From assembly GCA_965198285.1 (NCBI GenBank), contig OZ240251.1, positions 2,056,620 to 2,120,619 on the forward strand: DNA of 64,000 nucleotides, read 5' to 3'. Below the pieces are notes generated by a model. That model made no database searches. It saw only the letters and a program-made list of their open reading frames with translations, and was not told the origin of the DNA. Each line of letters starts with the position of its first letter. The stretch's first letter is position 1. The stretch is from Chloroflexota bacterium. Lineage in GTDB: Bacteria; Chloroflexota; UBA11872. Below are positions 55,252 to 64,000 of the stretch, one piece after another. The position numbers and the translations under genes were made by a program.

Positions 55252-56720
55252 TGGGCGTCGATGGCTTTGACGGGTGCGGGCAGGTCGCCGCGGGCGTGTT
55301 CGAAGGCGCGAGCCGCCTGAAGGAGTCGGGATTCGGCGAAGGGCGGGGCGATGAGCTGCAGACCCACCGGCAGGCCGTCCACGAATCCGCAGGGCACGCT
55401 CATGCAGGGCAGTCCGGCCAGCGAGGCCGGAAGGGTCATGATGTCCGACTGATACATGGCCACGGGATCGTCGAGCTTAGCCCCCAGGTCAAAGGCCGGC
55501 GCCGGCACCACAGGTGCCGCGATGACGTCTACTTCCTGGAAGGCCGTCTCGAAGTCGGACTTGATAAGCGTGCGCACTTTCTGGGCGCGAATGTAGTAGG
55601 CGTCGTAGTAGCCGGAGGAAAGGGCGAAAGTACCGATCATGATGCGCCGCTTGACTTCCGATCCGAAGCCCCGGCCGCGGATGCGAGCCATCATCTCGTC
55701 AACGTCGGTGGCCTGCGGGTCGGAGAGGCCGTACTTGACGCCGTTGTAGCGGGCCAGGTTGGCGCTGGCCTCGGACGGGGCGATGACGTAGTAGGTCGGC
55801 AGGGCGTATTCGGTGTGCGGCAGCGAAATCTCGCGCTCGGTAGCCCCGGCGCCGAGCAGTGCGTCGATGGCGGCGCGGACGGAGTCTCCAACCTGCGGAT
55901 CGAGGCCTTGGCCGAAGTACTCGGGCGGTACGCCGATACGGAGCCCGCTGATATCCCGTTTCAGTTCGTCGGCGTAGTCCGGCACAGGTTCTTCAGCGGA
56001 CGTTGAGTCGCGGGGGTCGTGCCCGGCCAGGGCGCTCAGTAGGAGCGCGGCGTCGGTGACGTCCTTGGTCAGCACGCCAATCTGGTCCAGCGACGAGGCG
56101 AAGGCGATCAAGCCGAAGCGCGAGATGCGGCCGTAGGTGGGCTTCAGGCCGACGCAGCCACAGAGCGCGGCGGGCTGGCGGACAGAGCCGCCGGTGTCGG
56201 ATCCGAGCGCGGCCAGGCACTCGTCTGCGGCCACGGCGGCGGCCGAGCCGCCGCTGGAGCCGCCGGGCACCTTGTCCAGGTCCCAGGGATTGCGCACCGG
56301 CTTGTAGGCGGAGTGCTCGTTGGACGAGCCCATGGCGAACTCGTCCATGTTGGTCTTGCCAAGCGTCACGGCTCCGGCCGCCTTCAGGCGGGTGACAGCG
56401 GTGGCGTCGTAGGGCGGGATGAAGCCCTCGAGGATTCGCGAGGCGCAGGTGGTCTCGACGCCGGCGGTGCTGAGCACGTCCTTCAGTGCGATGGGAAGTC
56501 CCAGCAGCGGGCCGTCGTCGCCCGAGGCTCGACGAGCGTCGGCCGCGGCGGCCTGATCCAGGGCCATGTCGGCGGTGACGGTGAGATACGCGCCGATCCG
56601 GCCGTCTACAGCTTCTATGCGGTTGAATAGAGACTGTGTGAGTTCAACCGAACTGAACTGCCCGGCGCCCAGGCCTTCGGCGGCCGCGTGCAGCGTCAGC
56701 CGATACAGGTCATCCGTCAC
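55248..56720 (-). CDS. gatA: Glu-tRNA(Gln) amidotransferase subunit A
   Basis: Amidase signature [13 protein letters not shown] with upstream KD and downstream DTGGS. There is a 4-nt overlap with gatB. Confidence 0.95.
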   Translation of the reverse strand: MTDDLYRLTLHAAAEGLGAGQFSSVELTQSLFNRIEAVDGRIGAYLTVTADMALDQAAAADARRASGDDGPLLGLPIALKDVLSTAGVETTCASRILEGFIPPYDATAVTRLKAAGAVTLGKTNMDEFAMGSSNEHSAYKPVRNPWDLDKVPGGSSGGSAAAVAADECLAALGSDTGGSVRQPAALCGCVGLKPTYGRISRFGLIAFASSLDQIGVLTKDVTDAALLLSALAGHDPRDSTSAEEPVPDYADELKRDISGLRIGVPPEYFGQGLDPQVGDSVRAAIDALLGAGATEREISLPHTEYALPTYYVIAPSEASANLARYNGVKYGLSDPQATDVDEMMARIRGRGFGSEVKRRIMIGTFALSSGYYDAYYIRAQKVRTLIKSDFETAFQEVDVIAAPVVPAPAFDLGAKLDDPVAMYQSDIMTLPASLAGLPCMSVPCGFVDGLPVGLQLIAPPFAESRLLQAARAFEHARGDLPAPVKAIDAQ

Positions 56721-56723
56721 CGC

Positions 56724-57017
56724 TCAGGATCCGTCCAGCACGGGCGGCACGCGAATCTGGCCGTCCTCAACGCGGGGGGCGTTGTCGAGCACCGCGTCAA
56801 GTGGGAGCGACTCGGCGACCACGTCGTCGCGCTCGACGTTGCCCAGCGGAATCACCTGGGCGGTTGGCGGAATGTGGTCCGTGTCCAGTGCATTCAGCGC
56901 CTCAAAGGCTTGCAGGATTCGACCTAGCTCGCCGCGCAAGCGCTCGCGCTCGTCGTCGGCCAACTCGAGACGAGCCAGCTCGGCGGCATGGTCAACCTGC
57001 GAACGGTCAATGGACAC
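56724..57017 (-). CDS. gatC: Glu-tRNA(Gln) amidotransferase subunit C
   Basis: 97 aa. V.H.A.LARLEL.D.E...L...L..IL.....L..LDT, directly upstream of gatA. Confidence 0.9.
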   Translation of the reverse strand: MSIDRSQVDHAAELARLELADDERERLRGELGRILQAFEALNALDTDHIPPTAQVIPLGNVERDDVVAESLPLDAVLDNAPRVEDGQIRVPPVLDGS

Positions 57018-57102
57018 GGGGTTGCTCGGGTAGGTGGAAACCGGGGGCGATTATAGGAAGGGTGAACGGGTGTCCAGGACCGTCGCAGCGAGTGGCTCGT
57101 GT

Positions 57103-57696
57103 CTATGGCGAATAGTCGAACTGGGGTTCCCAGTCGCCGGCGCCGTCGCGGAGGAGGTCGAAGAGGTGCCAGACGCTGCAGTAGGAGTCGCCGGGTCCGA
57201 GGAAATCGGAGGCGACGCGGGTGATCGAACCGTCAGCGGCCTTGTGAAAGACGGAGACGCCAGGCATGGCGTTCGAGCCGAAGTGCTCGTCTTCCGACTC
57301 GAAGCCCATGTCCTTGAACAGGGTGGAGCCGGCCGCTGAGAACATTCGGAAGCGCCAGCCCCGTTTCTGCCGGAGTTGCTGCTGGGTTTCGACGCTGTCG
57401 GGCGAGACCACCACGAAAGCCGACCGATCCTCGAGGTGATGGATCACGCCGTTGAACCCCTCCGCCCACATCGTGCAGTAGGGACACCCCGAGCCCATGT
57501 TGTGGATCAGGATCAGGTCGGACTTGTCGCCGAACGTCTCGGAAAGCCTGATCACGCCGTCAGGCCCGCGAAGCTCGTAGTCCTGTACCGGCTCTGACGG
57601 CACCCGGCGTCGCATGTCCTTCAAGCGCTGCTGCGCCTTCTCCAGATCGGCCCAGGCCGCGGCCAATTCTTCCTGTAGATCCGTCGGAACTGTCAC
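57103..57696 (-). CDS. DUF899-family thioredoxin-fold protein
   Basis: LILIHNMGSGCPYCTMWAEGFNG...HL.DR.AFVVVSPD......RGWRF.MFSA...F..DMGF. Confidence 0.7.
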   Translation of the reverse strand: MTVPTDLQEELAAAWADLEKAQQRLKDMRRRVPSEPVQDYELRGPDGVIRLSETFGDKSDLILIHNMGSGCPYCTMWAEGFNGVIHHLEDRSAFVVVSPDSVETQQQLRQKRGWRFRMFSAAGSTLFKDMGFESEDEHFGSNAMPGVSVFHKAADGSITRVASDFLGPGDSYCSVWHLFDLLRDGAGDWEPQFDYSP

Positions 57697-57873
57697 CGTG
57701 ATTCCCTTCGAAGTGCCCTTGTGCCGGCAGCCGGTCCAGCTTCCTCAAGTGTAGGAGCGCGGCATGGCCGCGAAGTGGGGACTTCAGGCGCCGCATGAAG
57801 CTCGCGTTTCGTAGACGCGCGACTGCGTCTATCCAGCGTAGGATCTTCCGCGACGTCGCCGAGGTGTATTTCC

Positions 57874-58947
57874 ATGGTCACGACCGGTGAGCCGGACCTG
57901 GTTCAGGATGCCCCGATTGCGGTGCATCAGTCGCGCCGACTGTTTGCGAGCGACGCCCCGCACGCGCACTACTCGGCCAGCCTGGCGCAGCTTGCGAGCG
58001 GGCGGCTGGTGTTGGTGTATAGCTGGTCGCCGGCGATACAGCGTCGCAATAGCGGCGTGATGTTGACGTCGCGCTCCGACGACGACGGCGCGACCTGGAC
58101 GACGCCTGAGGCGATCTACGCGCGGCCCGGCTGGGACTGCATGCACTTGGGCGGGTTGATGCCGTTTTCGGACACGAGGCTGCTGCTGGGACTTGGGCGC
58201 ATACAGATGGACGCCAGCCTGCCGGGCGACGAACCCTGCACTGGCTGGTATCTCAGCACGACCTGCTCGGCGGACGGCGGCGAAACCTGGGCGCCGGAAG
58301 GGCCGGAGGTGCGGCTGTTTCCCGAATGGTCGGAGCTCTACGGGGCCAGCAATCCGCATCGGTTGGATGACGGCCGGCACATGCTGGCGGCCATTGGAAC
58401 GACTGGCCGCGACACCGGCTGGCAAGCGGGCGTCTGCTTTAGCGAGGACGAGGGCGAGAGTTTCTCAGCGCCGGTGATTGTGGCGTCGCACCCTACGCTG
58501 GGCTTCGGCGACATGGACATTGCGCGGCTGGCGGACGGGCGCTATCTGGCCGTGGCCCGGGTGTTCGACGGCCATCCCAGCATGATCGCGTATTCGGACG
58601 ACGACGGGTCGACCTGGTCCGAACCGCGGCCAATCGAGTTCTGGGGCGCCAACATCAAGCTGCAGCGTTTGCGCTCAGGGGCCTTGCTCTGCGCGTACCG
58701 AGATGAGCAGGGCAACCGCTCGGGGGTTGGGTGCAGCGTTAGCGAGAACGACGGCGCAACCTGGCGACGCATCGGTTGGCTGGCCAGCCCCAGCGACGGC
58801 CCGCCGCCGGCGGCCGGCGAGGTGCGCTGTGGCTACCCGGACATGGCACTGCTGCGCAACGGTCGGCTGGGCTGTGTGTTGGCGCCGTCGGCCGACGCCG
58901 GCGGGGTCATTGACTTGCGCTGGCTGGAACTGATTGATCGGACGTAG
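57874..58947 (+). CDS. BNR/Asp-box repeat (sialidase-like beta-propeller) protein
   Basis: Five Asp-boxes: SDDDGATW, SADGGETW, SEDEGESF, SDDDGSTW and SENDGATW. Confidence 0.75.
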   Translation: MVTTGEPDLVQDAPIAVHQSRRLFASDAPHAHYSASLAQLASGRLVLVYSWSPAIQRRNSGVMLTSRSDDDGATWTTPEAIYARPGWDCMHLGGLMPFSDTRLLLGLGRIQMDASLPGDEPCTGWYLSTTCSADGGETWAPEGPEVRLFPEWSELYGASNPHRLDDGRHMLAAIGTTGRDTGWQAGVCFSEDEGESFSAPVIVASHPTLGFGDMDIARLADGRYLAVARVFDGHPSMIAYSDDDGSTWSEPRPIEFWGANIKLQRLRSGALLCAYRDEQGNRSGVGCSVSENDGATWRRIGWLASPSDGPPPAAGEVRCGYPDMALLRNGRLGCVLAPSADAGGVIDLRWLELIDRT

Positions 58948-58955
58948 ACCGACGC

Positions 58956-59711
58956 CTAGAACTGGTGCACCCAGCCGCCGTCGACGGGGATCACCGCGCC
59001 GGTGATGTAGGCGGCGGCGTCGGAAGCCAGGAACTGGGCAACGCCCGCGATCTCCTCCACGCGGCCGTTGCGGCCTAGCGCGACACGCTCAGCCAGATTG
59101 GCGGTCCAGAGATCTGTGCTGGCGACTGCGGCCGTCATGTCCGTCTCAATCAGACCCGGTGCGATGGCAACGACCCGGATACCGTCTTTGCCCCACTCGC
59201 GCGCCAGTCCCTGGGTGTAGGACGACAAGGCGGCCTTGAACGGACCGTAGGGATCGGGACCGCCCGTTTTGGCTGAAATCGAGGACAGGTTGATGACCAC
59301 TGGCGCCGGAGACTCTTTCAGGAAAGGCCGAGCGGCCTGCGCGATAAGCACCGGGGCGCGCAGGTTAATGTGCAGCAGACGGTGGTACGCGTCTGGGGTC
59401 AAACCATCGTGGCCGCCGTCGCCCGCATTGTTGACCACGATGTCCAGGCCACCCAAGGCAGCGGCGGCCTGCTCGACCAGGCGAATCGGCGCATTCGGAT
59501 CGGAAAGGTCAGCGCCGAAGGTGTGCGCCTCGGCGCCGTGCCCGCGAACCAGCGCGGCGATCGGTTCAAGGTTGCCGGCCTCGCTGGCAGCCAGGGCCAA
59601 TCGGGCGCCGGCTCGCACATAGGCCTCGGCGATGGCGCGCCCAATTCCGCGGCTGGCGCCCGTGATCAGCGCGCGACGGCCGTCCAGGCGGAACGGATCG
59701 GGGGCGGTCAT
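58956..59711 (-). CDS. SDR family oxidoreductase
   Basis: ALITGASRGIGRAIAEA, NNAG, and Y...K. There is a 4-nt overlap with the upstream SDR gene. Confidence 0.85.
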   Translation of the reverse strand: MTAPDPFRLDGRRALITGASRGIGRAIAEAYVRAGARLALAASEAGNLEPIAALVRGHGAEAHTFGADLSDPNAPIRLVEQAAAALGGLDIVVNNAGDGGHDGLTPDAYHRLLHINLRAPVLIAQAARPFLKESPAPVVINLSSISAKTGGPDPYGPFKAALSSYTQGLAREWGKDGIRVVAIAPGLIETDMTAAVASTDLWTANLAERVALGRNGRVEEIAGVAQFLASDAAAYITGAVIPVDGGWVHQF

Positions 59712-60472
59712 CGGGACATGAAGTAGTCGCGGCCGCCATCGATGGCGATGGTCGTACCGCTCACGAAGTCGGCGGCGGACGAGGCGAGGTACACGACGGC
59801 GGCGGCGATCTCACCTGGGTCGGCGACCCGCCCTTGCGCCGTATGGTGCAGCATGGCGTTCATCTCGGGTGGATTCGCCATCACGCGTGCGGCCATATCG
59901 GTATTGACCTGTCCCGGCGCCAGCGCCACGACGCGGATGCCGTCGTTCGCGAATTCGCGGCTGAACCCACGAGTCACTGCATGCACCCCCGCCTTGCTCG
60001 CCCCGTACAGGCCCGTGCCCTTGGTTCCGGCGATGGATCCGATGTTGACAATGACGCCGCCGGCCGCGGCCAGGTGCGGACGCGCGGCCTCGCAGCCAAA
60101 GAGCACGGCGCCAAGATTGATGTCGAACATGCGGTCGAACTCGGCCGGATCCTGGATTCCGAACCCGTCGCGATAGGCGACGCCGGCGTTATTGACCAGG
60201 AGGTCGAGACCCCCCAGCGCTTCGGCTGCGGCGTCGATGGCCGGTCGAATGGCGGCCAGGTTGCTGACGTCCAGCGGAACGACGTATGCCCGGCGACCGA
60301 GGGCCTCGATCTCAACGGCGAGTTCGGTCAGGCGACCCTCGTCGCGGGCGGCCAGCGCCACGTCCGCTCCGGCCTCGGCCAGCGCCAGGGCGATGGCCCG
60401 CCCAATGCCGCGGCTGGCGCCGGTTACAAAGGCGCGGCGGCCGTCGAGGCGAAATCGTTCGAGGATAGGCAT
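59708..60472 (-). CDS. SDR family oxidoreductase (FabG-like)
   Basis: AFVTGASRGIGRAIALALAEAGADV, NNAG, YGASKAG. Confidence 0.85.
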   Translation of the reverse strand: MPILERFRLDGRRAFVTGASRGIGRAIALALAEAGADVALAARDEGRLTELAVEIEALGRRAYVVPLDVSNLAAIRPAIDAAAEALGGLDLLVNNAGVAYRDGFGIQDPAEFDRMFDINLGAVLFGCEAARPHLAAAGGVIVNIGSIAGTKGTGLYGASKAGVHAVTRGFSREFANDGIRVVALAPGQVNTDMAARVMANPPEMNAMLHHTAQGRVADPGEIAAAVVYLASSAADFVSGTTIAIDGGRDYFMSR

Positions 60473-60530
60473 TGGGGCTTGTGGGGTCGTTGGCTGGCTC
60501 AGCGTAGCCGGGAGGGCCGGTCCTCGCGCG

Positions 60531-61442
60531 CTACGCCAGCTCTGTCTCAGCTAGACGTCGGATGTCTTCGGCTTTTGGCATCGATGGCTGCGCGCCCGGC
60601 GTGGCGGCGGCCAGAGCGCCGGCTGCCTGGCCCCAGCGCAGAGCTGATTCGACGGGGCGTCCAGCTGCCAGCGCCGCCGTGAATACGCCGCAGAAGGCGT
60701 CGCCGGCACCGGTCGTGTCAACGACGGTCGCGGGAAACGCCGACTGGATATGCGTCTGGCCGTCGATGTGGGCGACGAGGCCCTGCCCGCCAAGCGTGAC
60801 GACGCAACCGCGGCAGGTGCGGGCGGCGACGGCCTCTGCCAGCGCCGCCGAATCTTCAGTTTCTGCCAGGCCGCCTGCGAGCTGCGCCGCCTCGATCTCG
60901 TTGACCACCGCAATATCCACCAGGCTGAGATCGACGGCCTCGCCCTCATCTACGGGCGAAACGTTCAGCACGCGCAGCCCGGGCAACGCGGACTCGAAGG
61001 CGGCGTATGTGGCCTCGTCCGGAACCTCCCGCTGTCCAATGACGGCAACCGGTTCAATGTTGGCAACGGCGCTTGCCACATCGGCCGGATCGATTTGGAA
61101 GTTCGCCCCTTCCGCCACGGCAATCGAGTTCGCGCCGGCCGCGTCCACCGCGATCAGCGCCGTGCCCGTGGCTGCTGAGTCGACCCTGGCGACATGCGCC
61201 GTATCGACGCCGTCCGCAGCCATGCATCTAAGCAGGTCGTCGCCTGCCGCATCGGTTCCCACCGCGCCCAGCATGCTGACCGAAGCCCCGGCCCGTGCCG
61301 CGGCCACGGCCTGGTTGGCGCCCTTGCCGCCGGCGTAGCGACCCAGGCGGCCGTGATGGACTGTCTCTCCGGGCTGTGGGATGCGCGGGACGTGAATGAC
61401 GATGTCCTGGTTGATCCCACCCACCACGGCGATGCGGCTCAT
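60531..61442 (-). CDS. rbsK: ribokinase (PfkB family)
   Basis: MSRIAVVGGINQDIVIHVPRIPQPGETV...GGKGANQAVAAARAG and DTTGAGDAF. The start is set at ATG 61442, overlapping the upstream stop (ATGA). The longer track ORF is rejected. Confidence 0.85.
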   Translation of the reverse strand: MSRIAVVGGINQDIVIHVPRIPQPGETVHHGRLGRYAGGKGANQAVAAARAGASVSMLGAVGTDAAGDDLLRCMAADGVDTAHVARVDSAATGTALIAVDAAGANSIAVAEGANFQIDPADVASAVANIEPVAVIGQREVPDEATYAAFESALPGLRVLNVSPVDEGEAVDLSLVDIAVVNEIEAAQLAGGLAETEDSAALAEAVAARTCRGCVVTLGGQGLVAHIDGQTHIQSAFPATVVDTTGAGDAFCGVFTAALAAGRPVESALRWGQAAGALAAATPGAQPSMPKAEDIRRLAETELA

Positions 61443-62260
61443 CGGCGTCTGTCCTCGCGGCCCAGCGCCTCGAGGATGGCCAACCGGGTGAACGCCGGCA
61501 ATGCGCGCATGCGTCGCCAGCGCCAGGGCTGGCGGGCCAGGCGGTACGCCCACTCCAGGCCAACTCGACGCAGCGGCGCGGGCGCACGCGGAATCCGGCC
61601 AGCCAGGTAGTCCAGCGTTCCGCCCACGCCTATGCCAACGACCGGCGCCAGACCCCGCAGATTTCTGTCGAGCCAGAACTCCTGGGCCGGAGCGCCGTAG
61701 GCCGCCAGCACAATGTGCGGCCGGGACTCTTGAATCACGGCCTGTGCCTCGGCGTCGCCGTCCGGTCCTGGCTCGCCCACCAGGGTTGCAGGGGGAATGA
61801 GCGCCGGATAGCGGCGTTGCAGCGCGGCGGCGGCCCCGTCCGCCACGCCCGGCGCCGCCCCTGCCAGCATCAGGCGGTAGCCATGCACCGCGGCCAGCCC
61901 GGCCAGGTCGTCGGCCAGGTCCACGCCGGTCACGCGCTCCGGCATGGTCATGCCACGCAGCCGAGCCGCGGCCAGCACGCCAATCCCGTCGGGAACGTTG
62001 AGGCGCGTGCGCTGCAGCAGACTGCTATAGGCCGGGTCGCGACGCGCCCGCATGATGATCTCGGGGTTCATCGTCACGACGTGAGCGCTTTGTCCCGAAG
62101 CGAGCCACGCGTCAATCCAGGCTACGGCAAGCGCTCGGCTGATCGCGTGGACGCGTACGCCGAGGATGTGCGTTTCCAGGTCGTGCAGCGGCGTGTCAGT
62201 CATCAGTACAGCGGCGATGCCCTTGAAGGCAATGGTCCAATGTTCATGTTGACATAACAA
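61439..62260 (-). CDS. WecB/TagA/CpsF family (GT26) glycosyltransferase
   Basis: ILGVRVHAIS, VVTMNPEIIM, LNVPDGIGV, GAP.QE.W, and the C-terminal LEWAYRL..QPWRWRRM. Confidence 0.8.
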   Translation of the reverse strand: MLCQHEHWTIAFKGIAAVLMTDTPLHDLETHILGVRVHAISRALAVAWIDAWLASGQSAHVVTMNPEIIMRARRDPAYSSLLQRTRLNVPDGIGVLAAARLRGMTMPERVTGVDLADDLAGLAAVHGYRLMLAGAAPGVADGAAAALQRRYPALIPPATLVGEPGPDGDAEAQAVIQESRPHIVLAAYGAPAQEFWLDRNLRGLAPVVGIGVGGTLDYLAGRIPRAPAPLRRVGLEWAYRLARQPWRWRRMRALPAFTRLAILEALGREDRRR

Positions 62261-62270
62261 CGTGAGCGCC

Positions 62271-63380
62271 TCAGTGAGTCATCTCCAATACCGCGTCGCG
62301 AACTCGCTCCGGGCTTAGCCACTGCATGCAGAGCACGTCGCCAAATTGGCACTCAGCCGGCCGATCAAAGCTGTAGCAGGGGCCGCACGGTAGGTCGACC
62401 CGCAACGCGCGTGACGCAGGGTCGCCGGGACCATGCACGGCGATGTCCGTGGGCCCATGAAGCATGACGACGCGCCGTCCCAGCGCCCGGGCCAGATGCC
62501 CCGGTCCGCTGTCGGTCGACACCACGACGTCGGCTTGGGACAGAACGCCGATCAGCTCGTTAAGCGAGGTCGTGCCGGTCAGGTCGCGGATTGACGCAGA
62601 TTCCGCAATTCGCGCGGCCGTCGAACGTGCGTCATCGAGACCGACGACGGCCAGCGTGCCTGCCTGGTTCGCCAACGCCTGGGCCAGCGTTGCCCAATGC
62701 TCATCGGGCCATCGCTTTGCCTGGCCGTGCGAAGCGCCGGGGTGCAGCACGACCAGGGGGCGCCGCAGCGCCGCGCGTGCGGCCTCGGCGTCGGCGACCA
62801 CGGTGTTCCAAGCCGGAGCCGACTTGTGTACCAGCCGGGTGGCCAGTTCGGCCTCATGCGGTCCGCCGTTTTCACGCCGACCCGGCCGCGCCTCGTCGAA
62901 GCTCCAGCCGGGCGCTTCCGCCCGGTAGCCCACGCGCCAGCGCGCGCCGCTCAGCCCAACGACCGTGCCGGCAATTGGCCCATAGACGCTGATGGCTACG
63001 TGGAAGCGCCGGGCCCGGACTGCTCGCACAACACGGGCTGCGCTTGTCCAGGCTCTTGGGTCCAGCACCGCCGGCCAGTGCGTAACCGTGCCGCCGTCGA
63101 ACGAGATCACCTCGTCAACGGCCGGGCAGCGCTGCACGATCGGCTTCCAGGCTGGCGGTCCCATGAACACCAGGTGGGCCGGCGGCCAGCGGGCACGTGC
63201 CGCCATGGCGGCCGAGAGGGCGTTCACGACATCGCCCATCAGGTCGAATCGCACGATCAGAATCTGCTTCGGGTCGGCCGGGGGAGTTCGCCGACCGCCG
63301 ATCAGCCGCCGCAGGCCGAAGCCCAGCGTCAGGACAATCCAGAGGCCGCGACCCAGCCAGGAGCTAAGGTGCCGTTTCAT
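62271..63380 (-). CDS. glycosyltransferase family 9 (heptosyltransferase-like)
   Basis: ILIVRFDLMGDVVNA, VLHPGASHGQAKRWP, and VSTDSGPGHLARALG. It is a paralogue of the gene at 5376-6602. Confidence 0.8.
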   Translation of the reverse strand: MKRHLSSWLGRGLWIVLTLGFGLRRLIGGRRTPPADPKQILIVRFDLMGDVVNALSAAMAARARWPPAHLVFMGPPAWKPIVQRCPAVDEVISFDGGTVTHWPAVLDPRAWTSAARVVRAVRARRFHVAISVYGPIAGTVVGLSGARWRVGYRAEAPGWSFDEARPGRRENGGPHEAELATRLVHKSAPAWNTVVADAEAARAALRRPLVVLHPGASHGQAKRWPDEHWATLAQALANQAGTLAVVGLDDARSTAARIAESASIRDLTGTTSLNELIGVLSQADVVVSTDSGPGHLARALGRRVVMLHGPTDIAVHGPGDPASRALRVDLPCGPCYSFDRPAECQFGDVLCMQWLSPERVRDAVLEMTH

Positions 63381-63892
63381 TGCTCTTTCTCGTCTTTGAC
63401 GTGCTCGGGCCAGGGCCAGATGGCATCGAAGCGTTGCAGGAACGTTGATGGACGAAACATCACCGGCGGGGCTCCGTGGGGCGCGGTGGCGGCGAGCTTG
63501 TCGACCTTCTGTCGAGTCTGATCGAGGTGGCTTTCGAATTCGCGTCGCTGCCGCTGATGCACGTTTCTCGCGCTTGCGAAGGCCTCCTTGAAGTCCGCGG
63601 CACGTCCCGTCACCAGCGCCTCGCGTAGCCCGGGCATACGCCGCTCGTGATGGGTGAGTTGGCGGCGCAACTCATTCAGGGCCTGTTCCACCTCCGCTGC
63701 CAGCGCGATCCACGGCGGCGACACGTTCGCATTGCGCATCACCCTGAACGCCAGCCGAAGGTCGGCTGGCACGTTGGGATCGTCCGGCGTCAGCGTGAGC
63801 GGCTGTCCGCGCCCCGATGTCCGCTCGAACAAGCCGGACGCGGCGGCTTCGTCCAACTGGCGGCGGGCACGGCGGTCCGAGGGCGTGTCCAT
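63377..63892 (-). CDS. DUF1992 (DnaJC28-like) domain protein
   Basis: EAAASGLFERTSGRGQPL......P.DLRLAFRVMRNANVSPPWI matches the DUF1992 signature as I recall it. Confidence 0.65.
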   Translation of the reverse strand: MDTPSDRRARRQLDEAAASGLFERTSGRGQPLTLTPDDPNVPADLRLAFRVMRNANVSPPWIALAAEVEQALNELRRQLTHHERRMPGLREALVTGRAADFKEAFASARNVHQRQRREFESHLDQTRQKVDKLAATAPHGAPPVMFRPSTFLQRFDAIWPWPEHVKDEKEQ

Positions 63893-63894
63893 GC

Positions 63895-64000
63895 CTAACC
63901 GCCGGTCAACACGGGCGGATCGACTTCGACTGGGACACCGGCAGCGGCCCGCACGTCGGCGGCGACTGCCAGGCTGCCGATCGCCAGCACGGCTTCGCCC
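63895..64000 (-). CDS. C-terminal end of an unidentified protein (5' part outside window)
   Basis: The open reverse frame ...GEAVLAIGSLAVAADVRAAAGVPVEVDPPVLTGG-TAG ends 2 nt before the DUF1992 start. It is too short to name. Confidence 0.3.
   Translation of the reverse strand, partial: GEAVLAIGSLAVAADVRAAAGVPVEVDPPVLTGG

Overview
Visibly GC-rich, densely coding bacterial chromosomal segment. I did not compute GC content and ran no tools; every call comes from reading the sequence and the ORF track. Many long track ORFs are alternate-frame or antisense artefacts of the GC bias. The content is mostly housekeeping and central or envelope metabolism. There is a 23S-5S rRNA operon with no 16S gene upstream, plus three tRNAs: Thr-CGT and a divergent Ala-TGC/Ile-GAT pair. 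Recognisable genes include gatCAB, glutamate dehydrogenase, pyruvate phosphate dikinase, dnaG, trxA, mobA, pcrA/uvrD, an archaeal/eukaryotic-type ATP-dependent DNA ligase, an ammonium transporter, an NCS2 permease, an ABC solute-binding protein, several SDR, Gfo/Idh/MocA, AKR and MDR oxidoreductases, two GT9 glycosyltransferases, an LCP protein, a WecB/TagA-type transferase, ribokinase, and the conserved circularly-permuted ATP-grasp / alpha-E / transglutaminase triad. I found no transposase, integrase, phage module, CRISPR array or recognisable defence island, so I cannot point to a clear novel multi-gene system. The observations I rate highest are these. (1) An ArsC/Spx-family gene has an in-frame TGA exactly at the first Cys of its CxxC motif, followed by a SECIS-like hairpin, making it a selenoprotein candidate. 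(2) At least three genes have conserved or catalytic N-terminal residues encoded upstream of any ATG/GTG/TTG, which implies CTG/ATT/ATC initiation or reinitiation. (3) In-frame GC-rich insertions of roughly 150-175 nt sit inside the essential genes gatB (palindromic) and the DNA ligase. (4) The rRNA operon is dismantled, with orphan spacer-type tRNAs and a structured insertion of about 95 nt in 23S helix 25. (5) A pcrA-HAD-ligase operon has an ATP-dependent ligase at the position ligA occupies in Firmicutes.
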